A stretch of DNA of 62,412 bases, filler included, from an uncultured bacterium (GTDB lineage: Bacteria > Auribacterota > CAZIXI01), in the NCBI GenBank assembly GCA_964543115.1. It is 7 parts of 7 records of this genome, joined end to end, with 100 filler letters (N's around TTAATTAATTAA, not from the genome) between each part and the next. Parts side by side here need not be neighbours in the genome. Positions count along the whole stretch, not along the records: positions 26,858 to 35,690 come from CAZIXI010000141.1; positions 35,791 to 44,613 come from CAZIXI010000142.1; 5 more parts are not named here. One strand, written 5' to 3'. Position numbers and translations under genes: made by a program. Below are positions 30,913 to 39,945 of this stretch, in pieces; position 1 is the first letter of the stretch, and every line of letters begins with the position of its first letter. The notes beneath the pieces were generated by a model that saw only the letters and a program-made list of their open reading frames with translations, was not told the origin of the DNA and ran no database searches.

Positions 30913-31776
30913 TCAGTACCTTTGCTGTTGTTGTTGTGAATACTGACCGGAGCGTTGCCGGTCAGGCGGCGGACCCTGTGGGGCTTCACTGCTGTCTATA
31001 TACCCGTCATTATTGGTATCGCAACGACTGAAATGTTCTTCGTGCCCGTCAAATTCTTCCTGAGAAACATTGCCGTCACCATCCTGGTCAAATCTATTGA
31101 TAAAACCCCCTCCATGATTCCCCATCGACCGCTGCTGCCCTGCGCCGCCGGGAGATCTTCCCTGAGAAAAATGTTGCTGCGGCTGCTCCGGCTGGTAACG
31201 ATTAAATCCCCCTTGCCGCTGCCCATTCCCGCCGGGCTGCCGGCGATAATCACGCCCGCTAAATCCGCCTGGTTGTCCCGGCCGCTGGCCTCCGCCAGGA
31301 GGGCCGGCATGACTATGGGCCTCCTTCAGCACACTGGCCAGTTCTTTTCTCTGCCCGGGATCGCATTGGGCCTGCATTTTAAGAAAATGCTGGTAGCGTG
31401 AGCGTTCGAGCATTTCCTGCTCTTTACCTATTTCCTTGGCCAACTCCTCCAGCTTACCGGCATCCGGCGATTCGGACGTCGCCTCTTCCACAATCTGCCC
31501 CTTCAGCTCATGCAGTTTATCCTGCATTGTTCTGGATTCTGTAAAATGCTGCTGGCGCAATTCCGTAAACTGATCTTTCTGCTGTTGGGAAAGACGCAAT
31601 TGCCGCTGTAATAAACCTTCGGCATGTTCAGGCTTCTGCCCCTGCTTGTGCAATCTGCCCGCACCCCGTAACCCACCGAAGTAACCGTACCACAGGGTAC
31701 AAAGAGATAAGGCATTTAAAACAACCAGGAGAACTATAAGTAAAACCGTCATTCGGGATTTCGTGAAAATATCCAT
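30913..31776 (-). CDS. Spy/CpxP-like periplasmic protein with Gln/Gly-rich linker and C-terminal EF-hand pair
   Basis: N-terminal TM, LRLSQQQKDQFTELRQQH (LTxxQ-like), then DQDGDGNVSQEEF and DTNNDGYIDSSE EF-hand loops. Confidence 0.75.
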   Translation of the reverse strand: MDIFTKSRMTVLLIVLLVVLNALSLCTLWYGYFGGLRGAGRLHKQGQKPEHAEGLLQRQLRLSQQQKDQFTELRQQHFTESRTMQDKLHELKGQIVEEATSESPDAGKLEELAKEIGKEQEMLERSRYQHFLKMQAQCDPGQRKELASVLKEAHSHAGPPGGGQRPGQPGGFSGRDYRRQPGGNGQRQGGFNRYQPEQPQQHFSQGRSPGGAGQQRSMGNHGGGFINRFDQDGDGNVSQEEFDGHEEHFSRCDTNNDGYIDSSEAPQGPPPDRQRSGQYSQQQQQRY

Positions 31777-31792
31777 TACACTCACCTCCCTT

Positions 31793-32122
31793 TTAGGAAA
31801 AATAATTGTAACCATTAACGGTCAATGAATATTCATCCGCTATGACCTGCAGCGCGGCCTCGCGGGAAGCGGCAGCAGACTCCCGATAAACAATAACCGC
31901 CGTCAACAAATTAACCGCAACAAGTAAAGACAATAAAAGCGGGCGAAGAACAGGAAACGCAAAGATATTGCGCAGAAAAGCGGAACCCCCGATTTCTTCC
32001 AACTCGCGGATCTTTGCCCCTAACCGCGTAAAGAAAAAAGGGCTTTCACCAATCTCTTCCGGCCGCTCCAAATAAGCAATCGTTTCTTCCACCTCTTTTT
32101 CGATCCTGTCTTTCTGGTTCAT
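31793..32122 (-). CDS. Small single-TM putative anti-sigma factor
   Basis: Directly downstream of the ECF sigma gene. SPFFFTRLGAKI followed by one TM helix. Confidence 0.6.
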   Translation of the reverse strand: MNQKDRIEKEVEETIAYLERPEEIGESPFFFTRLGAKIRELEEIGGSAFLRNIFAFPVLRPLLLSLLVAVNLLTAVIVYRESAAASREAALQVIADEYSLTVNGYNYFS

Positions 32123-32139
32123 GTTTTTGCCTCCACTAG

Positions 32140-32169
32140 TTTAGACGCCGTTAGGGAGAATAACCAGCG
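32140..32169 (-). promoter_or_regulatory. Candidate ECF-sigma promoter, copy 1
   Basis: Minus strand CGCTGGTT-N12-GGCGTCTAAA, with the same spacing as copy 2. Confidence 0.6.
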
Positions 32170-32173
32170 GCTG

Positions 32174-32752
32174 TTAATAGTGTTTTTTGTAATACTTAAA
32201 CAATTTCTTGCGTAAGTTATTTATCCCGCGATAGATAAGGGACTCGACAGCCGGCACTGAAATTTGCATAATCTCTGCTGTTTCCCGATTGCTGAAACCC
32301 TCCATTTTTGTCAATAGAATGGCTATTTGCTGATTTTCCGGTAAAGTAGAGATCGTCTGGCGCAATGTCTCCCGCCGCTCTTTTTCCGCTAACGAGCGAG
32401 AGGGAGAAGTTTTATCTTTTGCCGGCAACTCTTTGCCTTTTTCTTTAAGGAGAGAGAGAGACAATAGTACAGCAAACCTTTTCTTACGCAGTTTTCTCCG
32501 GACAAAGTCCAGGGATTTAGAAACAGTAATGCGATAGATCCATGTTGCCAGACTGCTCTTATGCCTAAACCCCGGCAGGGCGCGGTAGGCGGCCAGAAAT
32601 ACCTCTTGGGCCACATCCCGGGCGTCTTCCAGGTTATTGGTAAACCGGTAACAGGTGCTGATCACCCGCTGCTGATAGCCGGTAACCAGCTCACGAAAGT
32701 CTGCCGGAGAAATATTAGCTGATGTTTTATCATGTTTATTTTTATTATTCAT
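32174..32752 (-). CDS. ECF RNA polymerase sigma factor
   Basis: DARDVAQEVFLAAYRAL...LATWIYRI (region 2) and LPENQQIAILL...SNRETAEIMQISVPAVESLIYRG (region 4). Confidence 0.93.
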   Translation of the reverse strand: MNNKNKHDKTSANISPADFRELVTGYQQRVISTCYRFTNNLEDARDVAQEVFLAAYRALPGFRHKSSLATWIYRITVSKSLDFVRRKLRKKRFAVLLSLSLLKEKGKELPAKDKTSPSRSLAEKERRETLRQTISTLPENQQIAILLTKMEGFSNRETAEIMQISVPAVESLIYRGINNLRKKLFKYYKKHY

Positions 32753-32781
32753 TGAGCACCTGTCCTGACCCCACTACTTAC

Positions 32782-32811
32782 TTTAGACGCCAACGGTAAA
32801 AACAACATGCG
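32782..32811 (-). promoter_or_regulatory. Candidate ECF-sigma promoter, copy 2
   Basis: Minus strand CGCATGTT-N12-GGCGTCTAAA upstream of the sigma gene. Confidence 0.6.
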
Positions 32812-32973
32812 CAAAAAATGATTATACCCTATCTCCAATCAGCTAAGCAAATCATTTAAGCCCTCAGCTCTTCGGACAAAATAACTCTTAGCGATAAAAT
32901 ATATTGCTGGCATAGTCTTTTTATAATAAAATTTATACTCCTACGGCAAAAACTTCATAAGGAGAGTTGAAAA

Positions 32974-34062
32974 ATGGAACATATTATTCACGAAGAACGC
33001 AGATTAACTATATTTGAGAAGTACTTAACGCTATGGGTAATCGCCTGCATTGGGCTGGGTATTTTACTTGGCAAATCTTTTCCGCAAGCAGCTTTGACCT
33101 TAGATAAAATCTCAATCTATCAGGTCTCCGTCCCCATCGCCATCTGCCTTTTCTTCATGATGTACCCGATCATGGTTAAGATTGACTTTGCTGAAGTCAT
33201 TAAAGCGGGAAAAACCCCTAAACCCGTAGTGCTGACATTATTTGTAAACTGGTGCGTAAAACCATTCTCTATGCTGGTGATCTCCACTTTGTTTCTGGGA
33301 GTCTTATTTAAGAAATTCCTCCCGGGACTGGAGATCATTAAGGGAGGGAGCGAGGTTGAACTCTACCGTTCATATATCTCCGGTTGTATCCTGCTGGGTA
33401 TCGCTCCCTGTACGGCCATGGTACTTGTCTGGGGACACCTGGCCAGGGGAAATGACGGCCATACCCTGGTGATGGTGGCCATAAACTCACTAACAATGTT
33501 ATTCCTCTATGCCCCTCTGGGCGGCTGGCTGCTGAATATAAACAAGATGCCCATACCCTGGCAGACTATTGTTTTATCTGTTTTGATCTATGTTGGCCTG
33601 CCACTGCTGCTAGGCTACCATTCCCGAAAATTCATCATCACCAGAAAAGGATTTAACTGGTTTGAGGAAAAATTCCTTCACCGGTTAACGCCCGTATCTA
33701 TCAGCGCGCTGCTCTTTACACTTGTACTCTTATTCTCCTTTAAAGGAGAACTGATCATTAAGCAGCCGCAGATAATTTTCCTAATCGCCATCCCCCTGAT
33801 TATCCAAACCTGTTTCATCTTTGGCTTAACCTATTTACTGGCCAGATGGCTGAAACTATCGCACCGGGACGCCGCCCCATCGGCGCTTATCGGGGCCAGT
33901 AACCATTTTGAGGTGGCTATTGCCACCTCGGCAATGCTTTTCGGCCTGTCTTCCGGCGCTTCACTGGCCACGGTAGTCGGGGTATTGATCGAAGTTCCGC
34001 TTATGCTGATACTAGTCAGGATATGCCTGCGGACCAAACACCTGTTCAAAACATCTAATTAA
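32974..34062 (+). CDS. acr3: ACR3-family arsenite efflux transporter
   Basis: [43 protein letters not shown] and VGVLIEVP motifs. Confidence 0.95.
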   Translation: MEHIIHEERRLTIFEKYLTLWVIACIGLGILLGKSFPQAALTLDKISIYQVSVPIAICLFFMMYPIMVKIDFAEVIKAGKTPKPVVLTLFVNWCVKPFSMLVISTLFLGVLFKKFLPGLEIIKGGSEVELYRSYISGCILLGIAPCTAMVLVWGHLARGNDGHTLVMVAINSLTMLFLYAPLGGWLLNINKMPIPWQTIVLSVLIYVGLPLLLGYHSRKFIITRKGFNWFEEKFLHRLTPVSISALLFTLVLLFSFKGELIIKQPQIIFLIAIPLIIQTCFIFGLTYLLARWLKLSHRDAAPSALIGASNHFEVAIATSAMLFGLSSGASLATVVGVLIEVPLMLILVRICLRTKHLFKTSN

Positions 34063-34110
34063 ACCCGGAAAACAGCTGGTATTTTGATGTTTATGGGAAA
34101 TCGCTAAACA

Positions 34111-35283
34111 ATGAAAGATAAAACAGCATTATGGCTGATCGTTGCGGGATTTCTGGTTTGTTTTTACCTGCCGGTGGAATCACTGCCTTTTTTCGGGCCG
34201 GTGTTTGAGGCACTGGCACTGTTTAATTGGTATGCCCGGAAACATATATTGCTTTGTCTGGTACCGGCATTTTTCATCGCCGGGGCGATCTCGGTATTTA
34301 TCAGCAAGGCGTCGGTTATTAAATATTTCGGGGCAAAGGCGAATAAATTCCTGGCTTATAGCATTGCCTCTGTTTCCGGCACCATCCTGGCGGTATGCTC
34401 CTGCACCGTACTGCCGCTTTTTTCCGGCATCTACAAAAGAGGAGCGGGTATCGGTCCGGCAACCGCCTTCCTCTATTCAGGTCCGGCAATAAATGTGCTG
34501 GCCATCATCATGACCGCCAGGATCCTGGGCTGGCAATTGGGGCTGGCCCGAGCACTGGGAGCTGTCTTATTCAGCATCATCCTCGGGCTTTTAATGCACT
34601 GCCTCTTCTTGAAAGAGGAAAGACAACGGCAGGCCGGCGGAGAATTCAATTCCGCCGACGAAGAGGAAACACGACCTTTATGGAAAACCGTCCTTTATTT
34701 TGCCGCGATGATCTGTATACTGGTATTTGCCAACTGGGGCAAACCACAGGCCGGAGAGACAGGAATCTGGTCAGCTGTTTTTAAATACAAGTGGCCGATT
34801 ACCGCTGTTTTTTCTCTTGCCCTGGCGTTCATGCTCAGCAAATGGTTCCGAAAAAACGAACTGAAAGACTGGAGTAAAAACTCCTTCAACTTTGCCAAAC
34901 AGATCATGCCGGTTTTATTTTTGGGCGTATTAGCCGCCGGCCTGTTACTGGGCCGTCCCGGCGGCCAGGGCCTGATCCCGGCAGGTTTTATCCAAAAACT
35001 GGTTGGCGGTAATTCCTTAGCGGCTAACTTTTTCGCTTCCTTTGCCGGAGCACTTATGTATTTTGCCACCTTAACGGAAATCCCCATCCTGCAGGGCCTT
35101 ATTGGCGCGGGCATGGGTAAGGGACCGGCGCTGGCCCTGCTTCTTGCCGGACCAGCGCTTAGCCTGCCGAATATGCTGGTTATCAGAAGCGTTATCGGAA
35201 CAAAAAAGACCCTGACCTATATCTGCCTCGTAGTTGTTATGGCAACAATAAGTGGTGTATTATTCGGGAGGATCATTAACTAA
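34111..35283 (+). CDS. DUF318/ArsP-family permease
   Basis: LAVCSCTVLPLF, AFLYSGPAIN, MYFATLTEIP and LLLAGPALSLPN motifs. Confidence 0.88.
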   Translation: MKDKTALWLIVAGFLVCFYLPVESLPFFGPVFEALALFNWYARKHILLCLVPAFFIAGAISVFISKASVIKYFGAKANKFLAYSIASVSGTILAVCSCTVLPLFSGIYKRGAGIGPATAFLYSGPAINVLAIIMTARILGWQLGLARALGAVLFSIILGLLMHCLFLKEERQRQAGGEFNSADEEETRPLWKTVLYFAAMICILVFANWGKPQAGETGIWSAVFKYKWPITAVFSLALAFMLSKWFRKNELKDWSKNSFNFAKQIMPVLFLGVLAAGLLLGRPGGQGLIPAGFIQKLVGGNSLAANFFASFAGALMYFATLTEIPILQGLIGAGMGKGPALALLLAGPALSLPNMLVIRSVIGTKKTLTYICLVVVMATISGVLFGRIIN

Positions 35284-35299
35284 ATCGGGAGGATAAGCA

Positions 35300-35527
35300 A
35301 TGAAAATTGAAATCCTGGGAATGGGCTGCGCGAAATGCCGGCAGCTTTATGAAAACACGAAAAAGGCCGTCAGCGAAAAAGGTGTACAGGCGGAAATCAT
35401 CAAGGTAGAAGACATAGAAAAGATCACGGATTACGGCATAATGATGCCGCCGGCCCTGGTAATCGACGGTAAAGTCAAAACCGCCGGCAAACTGCCTTCC
35501 ACAGAGGATATAAAAAAATGGCTATGA
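35300..35527 (+). CDS. Small thioredoxin-like redox protein (MTH895 type)
   Basis: MKIEILGMGCAKC...YGIMMPPALVIDG. Confidence 0.9.
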   Translation: MKIEILGMGCAKCRQLYENTKKAVSEKGVQAEIIKVEDIEKITDYGIMMPPALVIDGKVKTAGKLPSTEDIKKWL

Positions 35528-35690
35528 CAAAAATTACCCTGCTTAAAACATTTGCTGCTTTTTGCGCCTTCGTAATTCTGGGCATCACCTTAACGGCAGC
35601 TTCAGCTTTTACCGCCGAAGAAAAAATCATCGCCTACTACTTCCACGGCAACTACCGCTGCCCCACCTGCCGCAAGCTGGAGCAGTATTC
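35524..35690 (+). CDS. Secreted thioredoxin-like protein (ArsF-like), 3'-truncated
   Basis: Signal peptide followed by YYFHGNYRCPTCRKLE, a CxxC motif typical of arsP clusters. Confidence 0.7.
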
Positions 35691-35790
35691 NNNNNNNNNN
35701 NNNNNNNNNNNNNNNNNNNNNNNNNNNNNNNNNNTTAATTAATTAANNNNNNNNNNNNNNNNNNNNNNNNNNNNNNNNNNNNNNNNNNNN
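35691..35790. other. Artificial contig spacer
   Basis: N44-TTAATTAATTAA-N44. Confidence 0.99.
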
Positions 35791-36020
35791 TGGAAATAGA
35801 TATCCGGGATACCGGCTGTGGTATTCCGAAAGAAAATTTAGATAAGATATTCAAAGCATTTTTTAGTACTAAGTTAGGTGAGAAAGAAAAGGGTTCCGGC
35901 CTGGGTCTCTATGCCACCAATGAGATCATCAGGCGTTATGGTGGCACGATCAAAGTAACTAGTCAGGTAGATCAGGGTACCACATTCAAGATTTTCCTTC
36001 CTGTCAAGCCCATGGGCTAA
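35791..36020 (+). CDS. Sensor histidine kinase, C-terminal HATPase fragment
   Basis: Manually translated: IRDTGCGIPKENLDKIFKAFFSTK...GSGLGLY...YGGTIKVTSQVDQGTTFKIFLP*. Confidence 0.9.
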
Positions 36021-36095
36021 GGTGTAACACTATGCAGCAGAATGTGATAATCTGCGTTCTGCCCTAATCATTTAGTAAATGTCATCTTTCCTTCC

Positions 36096-36221
36096 AAAAA
36101 ATGTGATGATAGGTCAACATTTTTTTCCTGAAAATCTCTAGCAAAAGACCCCCTTTGCCAGCGTTAGTCACTCTTGTTTAAAGCATTACATCGATTCTGC
36201 CTGCTTGGCATAGGGCTTGCA
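36096..36221 (+). promoter_or_regulatory. Upstream activator-like site plus sigma54 (-24/-12) promoter 1
   Basis: AAAAATGTGATGATAGGTCAACA at 36097-36119 and TTGGCATAGGGCTTGCA at 36205-36221 (GG-N10-GC). Confidence 0.8.
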
Positions 36222-36278
36222 ATGTAACCATACATCAGCTGGCGAGGGGGCCGGTTGAGTTAAACAGGGGAGGAAACG

Positions 36279-37832
36279 ATGAAAAAAACATTTCTTATCA
36301 AAACACTTTTGTTGGTCTTGACAACCAGTTTCATATCTTCATTCAGCTTTGCTGATGGCATTAACAGTGCTAATTATGCGATTCCATTAAATGTGGTTAA
36401 TGCCGGTGGTTCAGTTGGCAAGGGTTCATCTCACTATACTATTAGTGAGGTAATTTCCTGTTTTGCCCACAGCAACAAAACGAACTCATTAGAAAGTGCT
36501 GGTTCCCTGGAAGAAAGCAAGTACCAGTTGAAAGGCGGTTATTATGACAATACAGAATCCAGTGTTTGGTATTTGGCGGAAGGAAATACCGTAATTTTTG
36601 ATACTTATGTTCTGGTGCAGAACCCCAACAAAAGCGCGGCGGAAGTGAAGTTTACCTTTATGGATGGTGACGGTAATATTAAGCAATTAACGGAAACCAT
36701 CGAAGGAACAAAAAGATACACTGTTCATGTAAATAAAGTTATGCCGGATGTGGATGTTTCCACTAAGGTAGAGTCATTAAATGAGGTGCCGGTACGGGTA
36801 GAGCGGGCGATGTATTGGAACAGTGGTGGCCTGTCCTGGTGCGGCGGGCACAATAGTATTGGTATTACGGAAGCGGCTACTGCCTGGTATCTGGCGGAAG
36901 GAAACACTACAATATTTGATACTTATGTCTTAATCCAGAATCCTGATACCTCGGCTGCCCAGGTGCAGATCATTTTTATGGATCAGTTTGGCAATACTGT
37001 GGTGCAGGAAAAGACAATTAAGGCTCAGAGCCGGAACACAATTCACGTAAATAAGGTAGCGGGAATGGAGGAACGGGATGTCTCTACCACAGTGAACGTG
37101 ACAAATGGTGTGGGTGTGATTGTGGAACGGGCGATGTATTGGAATAGCGGTAACTATACCTGGATCGGTGGTCACGACAGTATCGCGGTGACGGCGCCGG
37201 CCAAAAACTGGTATTTAGCTGAAGGTAACACTGGTATGTTTGATATGTATGTAATGTTAATGAATCCCGGTGCGGCCGTGGCGGAAGTGACGGTAACCTT
37301 TATGGATCCGGCGGGAAATATTGCGGTGGAGAAACGTATACTGGCCAGCCAGCAGCGGGATACAATTCATGTCAATCTGGTTTCCGGGATGGATAACCGT
37401 GATGTTTCTACCAGTGTGAAAGCTGACCAGCCGATTATTGTGGAGCGTTCAATGTACTGGGACAGCGCGGAATTGAAATGGGCCGGCGGCCATGCCAGTG
37501 TGGGAGTAACCGCGCCGGCGAAGAACTGGTATTTAGCGGAGGGAAACACAACTATATTCGATATGTATGTTTTATTACAGAATCCCGGTCAGGAAACCGC
37601 CACGATCAGCGTGACCTTTATGGATGCTGATGGGAACAATGTGATGGTAGAGAAGGTGCTTGCCGGGCAGCAGCGCGATACGATTCATGTAAATAAGGTC
37701 TCCGGTATGGAAAGTCGCGATGTTTCTACCAAGGTAGAGGCCGATCAGCCGATCAATGTGGAGCGGGCTATGTACTGGGATAGCGGAGATTATAGCTGGG
37801 TTGGCGGCCACGACAGTCGAGGAATAAAGTAG
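36279..37832 (+). CDS. Secreted protein with four ~102-aa WYLAEG/ERAMYW/GGH repeats
   Basis: Signal peptide and four tandem copies of WYLAEGNT..FD.YV..QNP...FMD..G...R.TIHVN...DVST.V...VERAMYW.SG...GGH. Confidence 0.85.
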   Translation: MKKTFLIKTLLLVLTTSFISSFSFADGINSANYAIPLNVVNAGGSVGKGSSHYTISEVISCFAHSNKTNSLESAGSLEESKYQLKGGYYDNTESSVWYLAEGNTVIFDTYVLVQNPNKSAAEVKFTFMDGDGNIKQLTETIEGTKRYTVHVNKVMPDVDVSTKVESLNEVPVRVERAMYWNSGGLSWCGGHNSIGITEAATAWYLAEGNTTIFDTYVLIQNPDTSAAQVQIIFMDQFGNTVVQEKTIKAQSRNTIHVNKVAGMEERDVSTTVNVTNGVGVIVERAMYWNSGNYTWIGGHDSIAVTAPAKNWYLAEGNTGMFDMYVMLMNPGAAVAEVTVTFMDPAGNIAVEKRILASQQRDTIHVNLVSGMDNRDVSTSVKADQPIIVERSMYWDSAELKWAGGHASVGVTAPAKNWYLAEGNTTIFDMYVLLQNPGQETATISVTFMDADGNNVMVEKVLAGQQRDTIHVNKVSGMESRDVSTKVEADQPINVERAMYWDSGDYSWVGGHDSRGIK

Positions 37833-37853
37833 GGGAGGGCCTTGTGCCCTCCC
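37829..37853 (+). repeat. GTAG-type REP-like hairpin
   Basis: GTAG followed by GGGAGGGC-cttgt-GCCCTCCC, in the intergenic gap. Confidence 0.5.
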
Positions 37854-37870
37854 GAACCGGGAGGTAAAAG

Positions 37871-39910
37871 ATGAAGAAGTTAGTGTTAGGAATTGCGATA
37901 GTAGTTAGTGTTTTTACTTTGGTTTTTGCGGGTAGTGTTCAGGCAGCCAATATTCCTGCCAAGATTAATTACCACGGGTATTTGAAAACTGAAGGAGCGC
38001 AGTTCAACGGTACGGGATATTTCAAGTTTGCCATTACCAATGACGCGGATAATCCTACAATAAGCTATTGGACCAATGACGGGTCCAGTTCCGCAGCCGG
38101 AGCTGAACCAAGTGAGGCGGTAAGTATAGAGGTAAGGAACGGGGTTTTTAATGTTGCCCTTGGCGATAACGGTCTTACCAATATGGCAGCGATTGATCCT
38201 GCGGTATTTCAAGATGCTGCCAGAACTTATCTCCGGGTCTGGTTCAGCGATGGAACGGGCTTTGAGTGGCTTGGTCCGGATACCCAGTTAGTGTCTGTGC
38301 CCTACGCCTACCAGGCTTATGAAGCGGAAACAGTACAGGGGCTGGATACGGCAAGCCTGGTGGATGTGAATAATACCCAGACTATTACCAATAAGACACT
38401 TTCAGATTCCAAAATTGATGGCAGTAAGAATACAATTGAAAATATATCCGGTAAGGCGATAAAGCTTGATGGGGCTTCTCTGGAGGCGACAGATACAGGC
38501 CTAAGGACAAAAATTGACTCTGCCGGAGGCCTGGATAGTAATGCTGCCGGTCTGAAAGTGAAATTAGCCGCGGATAGTGGTCTGGAAGTTACTGCACAGG
38601 GAATAAAGGTCCTAAACAAATCTTATGATCTGGTTGTGGCCACGCCTCAAGAAGGAGACACTGGTTTAATTGCCGCTGCCTGTAACAGTGCGGGAGAAGA
38701 TCAGGCGATATTTATTCCTAACGGGATCTATACGGAAACTTCAGATATTGTGCTTAAAAGTGGCCAGAAACTTATTGGCGCCAGCCGGCAAGGGGTAATA
38801 ATTAATTTTGCCGATGGAGATTATCAGTTAAAAGCGGCAGGTAGTGACAGTTTTCAAGATGGAACGATATTGGTAACTAAAGGTAGTGTCGATGCGCAGT
38901 ATACCGGCGCCGGGACCTTACCGGCACTAGCGAAAGCCTTTGTGGTGATTGAAGGATTTCCTTATCCTATTAACTCAATAGACAGCGGTAATAATACTAT
39001 TGAGTTGGAAACTAAATATCAGGGTAAAGATCTCGCAACCATGGATTGGATGCTGGCCGCGTTTGTTAGCGGGATTGAACTGAGGAATTTAACAGTAATG
39101 GGGCAGAAGCCCAGTCTGGCCAAAGGCGTTATTCAGCTCAACCTAGCGATAAATTGTATAATGGATAATATTATGATTACCGGAAACAGTGCTAACAATA
39201 GTGTTGCGATTAAATTGGAAAACTGCTTTAATTGTAAGGTGAGCAATGCTGATTTATGCTCGAATTTTTACGGTATATTATTTATGTCCGGTGGAAAGCA
39301 TTGTGTCGATGGGGTATCAATCTACAATAACCGTTTTGGTTTGTATCTCTATGAGGCTAACGCGAATGATATTAATGACGTTAAGGTTAATTATCATTCC
39401 AGCAACGGCATATCTTTGGAGCGGAGTAGAGGGAATAAGTTCAGTAATGTTACAGCCAGTTCCAATCATCTTGCTGCTATTAAGCTTGATGGTTGTTTCG
39501 AAAACCAGTTTAGTAATGTGGAACTAGTTAATAATGGAACCGGTGTTTTATTCCAGACGGCAGAAAGCAGTTATAATTATTTTAGCAATATTATAATAAT
39601 GCCCAACGGTAACGCTGGCATTACTGATCTTGCCGGGAACACGAATAATAATTACGTTAATGTCTATTGCGACAGCGATTTCAACATCATGGGGTCTCAG
39701 ACTACGGTTTCCGCAAGCAGCTTCAGGGAGATAAAGATTACTAACGTTGGTAACCGCATTTCTGTCACCAAGGCGGAACAGGTTGTTGAGCAAGATGCCG
39801 CCGATTACAATATAGTTGTTGGTTGTTATTTAAACACGTCACCCTGGATAACTTTGATTGGAGGAAACTCCAAAGAAGATTGTAATGTTAAATTCTCATT
39901 AATGCTATAA
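37871..39910 (+). CDS. Secreted fibre/tailspike-like protein: shared N-terminal module + parallel beta-helix
   Basis: Signal peptide, IPAKINYHGYLK...YLRVWFSDG.GFE.L.PDTQLV.VPYA module, and Asn-rich right-handed beta-helix repeats in the C-terminal half. Confidence 0.72.
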   Translation: MKKLVLGIAIVVSVFTLVFAGSVQAANIPAKINYHGYLKTEGAQFNGTGYFKFAITNDADNPTISYWTNDGSSSAAGAEPSEAVSIEVRNGVFNVALGDNGLTNMAAIDPAVFQDAARTYLRVWFSDGTGFEWLGPDTQLVSVPYAYQAYEAETVQGLDTASLVDVNNTQTITNKTLSDSKIDGSKNTIENISGKAIKLDGASLEATDTGLRTKIDSAGGLDSNAAGLKVKLAADSGLEVTAQGIKVLNKSYDLVVATPQEGDTGLIAAACNSAGEDQAIFIPNGIYTETSDIVLKSGQKLIGASRQGVIINFADGDYQLKAAGSDSFQDGTILVTKGSVDAQYTGAGTLPALAKAFVVIEGFPYPINSIDSGNNTIELETKYQGKDLATMDWMLAAFVSGIELRNLTVMGQKPSLAKGVIQLNLAINCIMDNIMITGNSANNSVAIKLENCFNCKVSNADLCSNFYGILFMSGGKHCVDGVSIYNNRFGLYLYEANANDINDVKVNYHSSNGISLERSRGNKFSNVTASSNHLAAIKLDGCFENQFSNVELVNNGTGVLFQTAESSYNYFSNIIIMPNGNAGITDLAGNTNNNYVNVYCDSDFNIMGSQTTVSASSFREIKITNVGNRISVTKAEQVVEQDAADYNIVVGCYLNTSPWITLIGGNSKEDCNVKFSLML

Positions 39911-39945
39911 TTGTTTAAAATCTTACATAGGGGGAGGTAGCTGTT

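Noticed and set aside
32908..32925. TGGCATAG upstream of acr3 as a fourth sigma54 promoter
   Set aside because: There is no GC at the -12 position (it reads TGGCATAGTCTTTTT) and no upstream activator motif.
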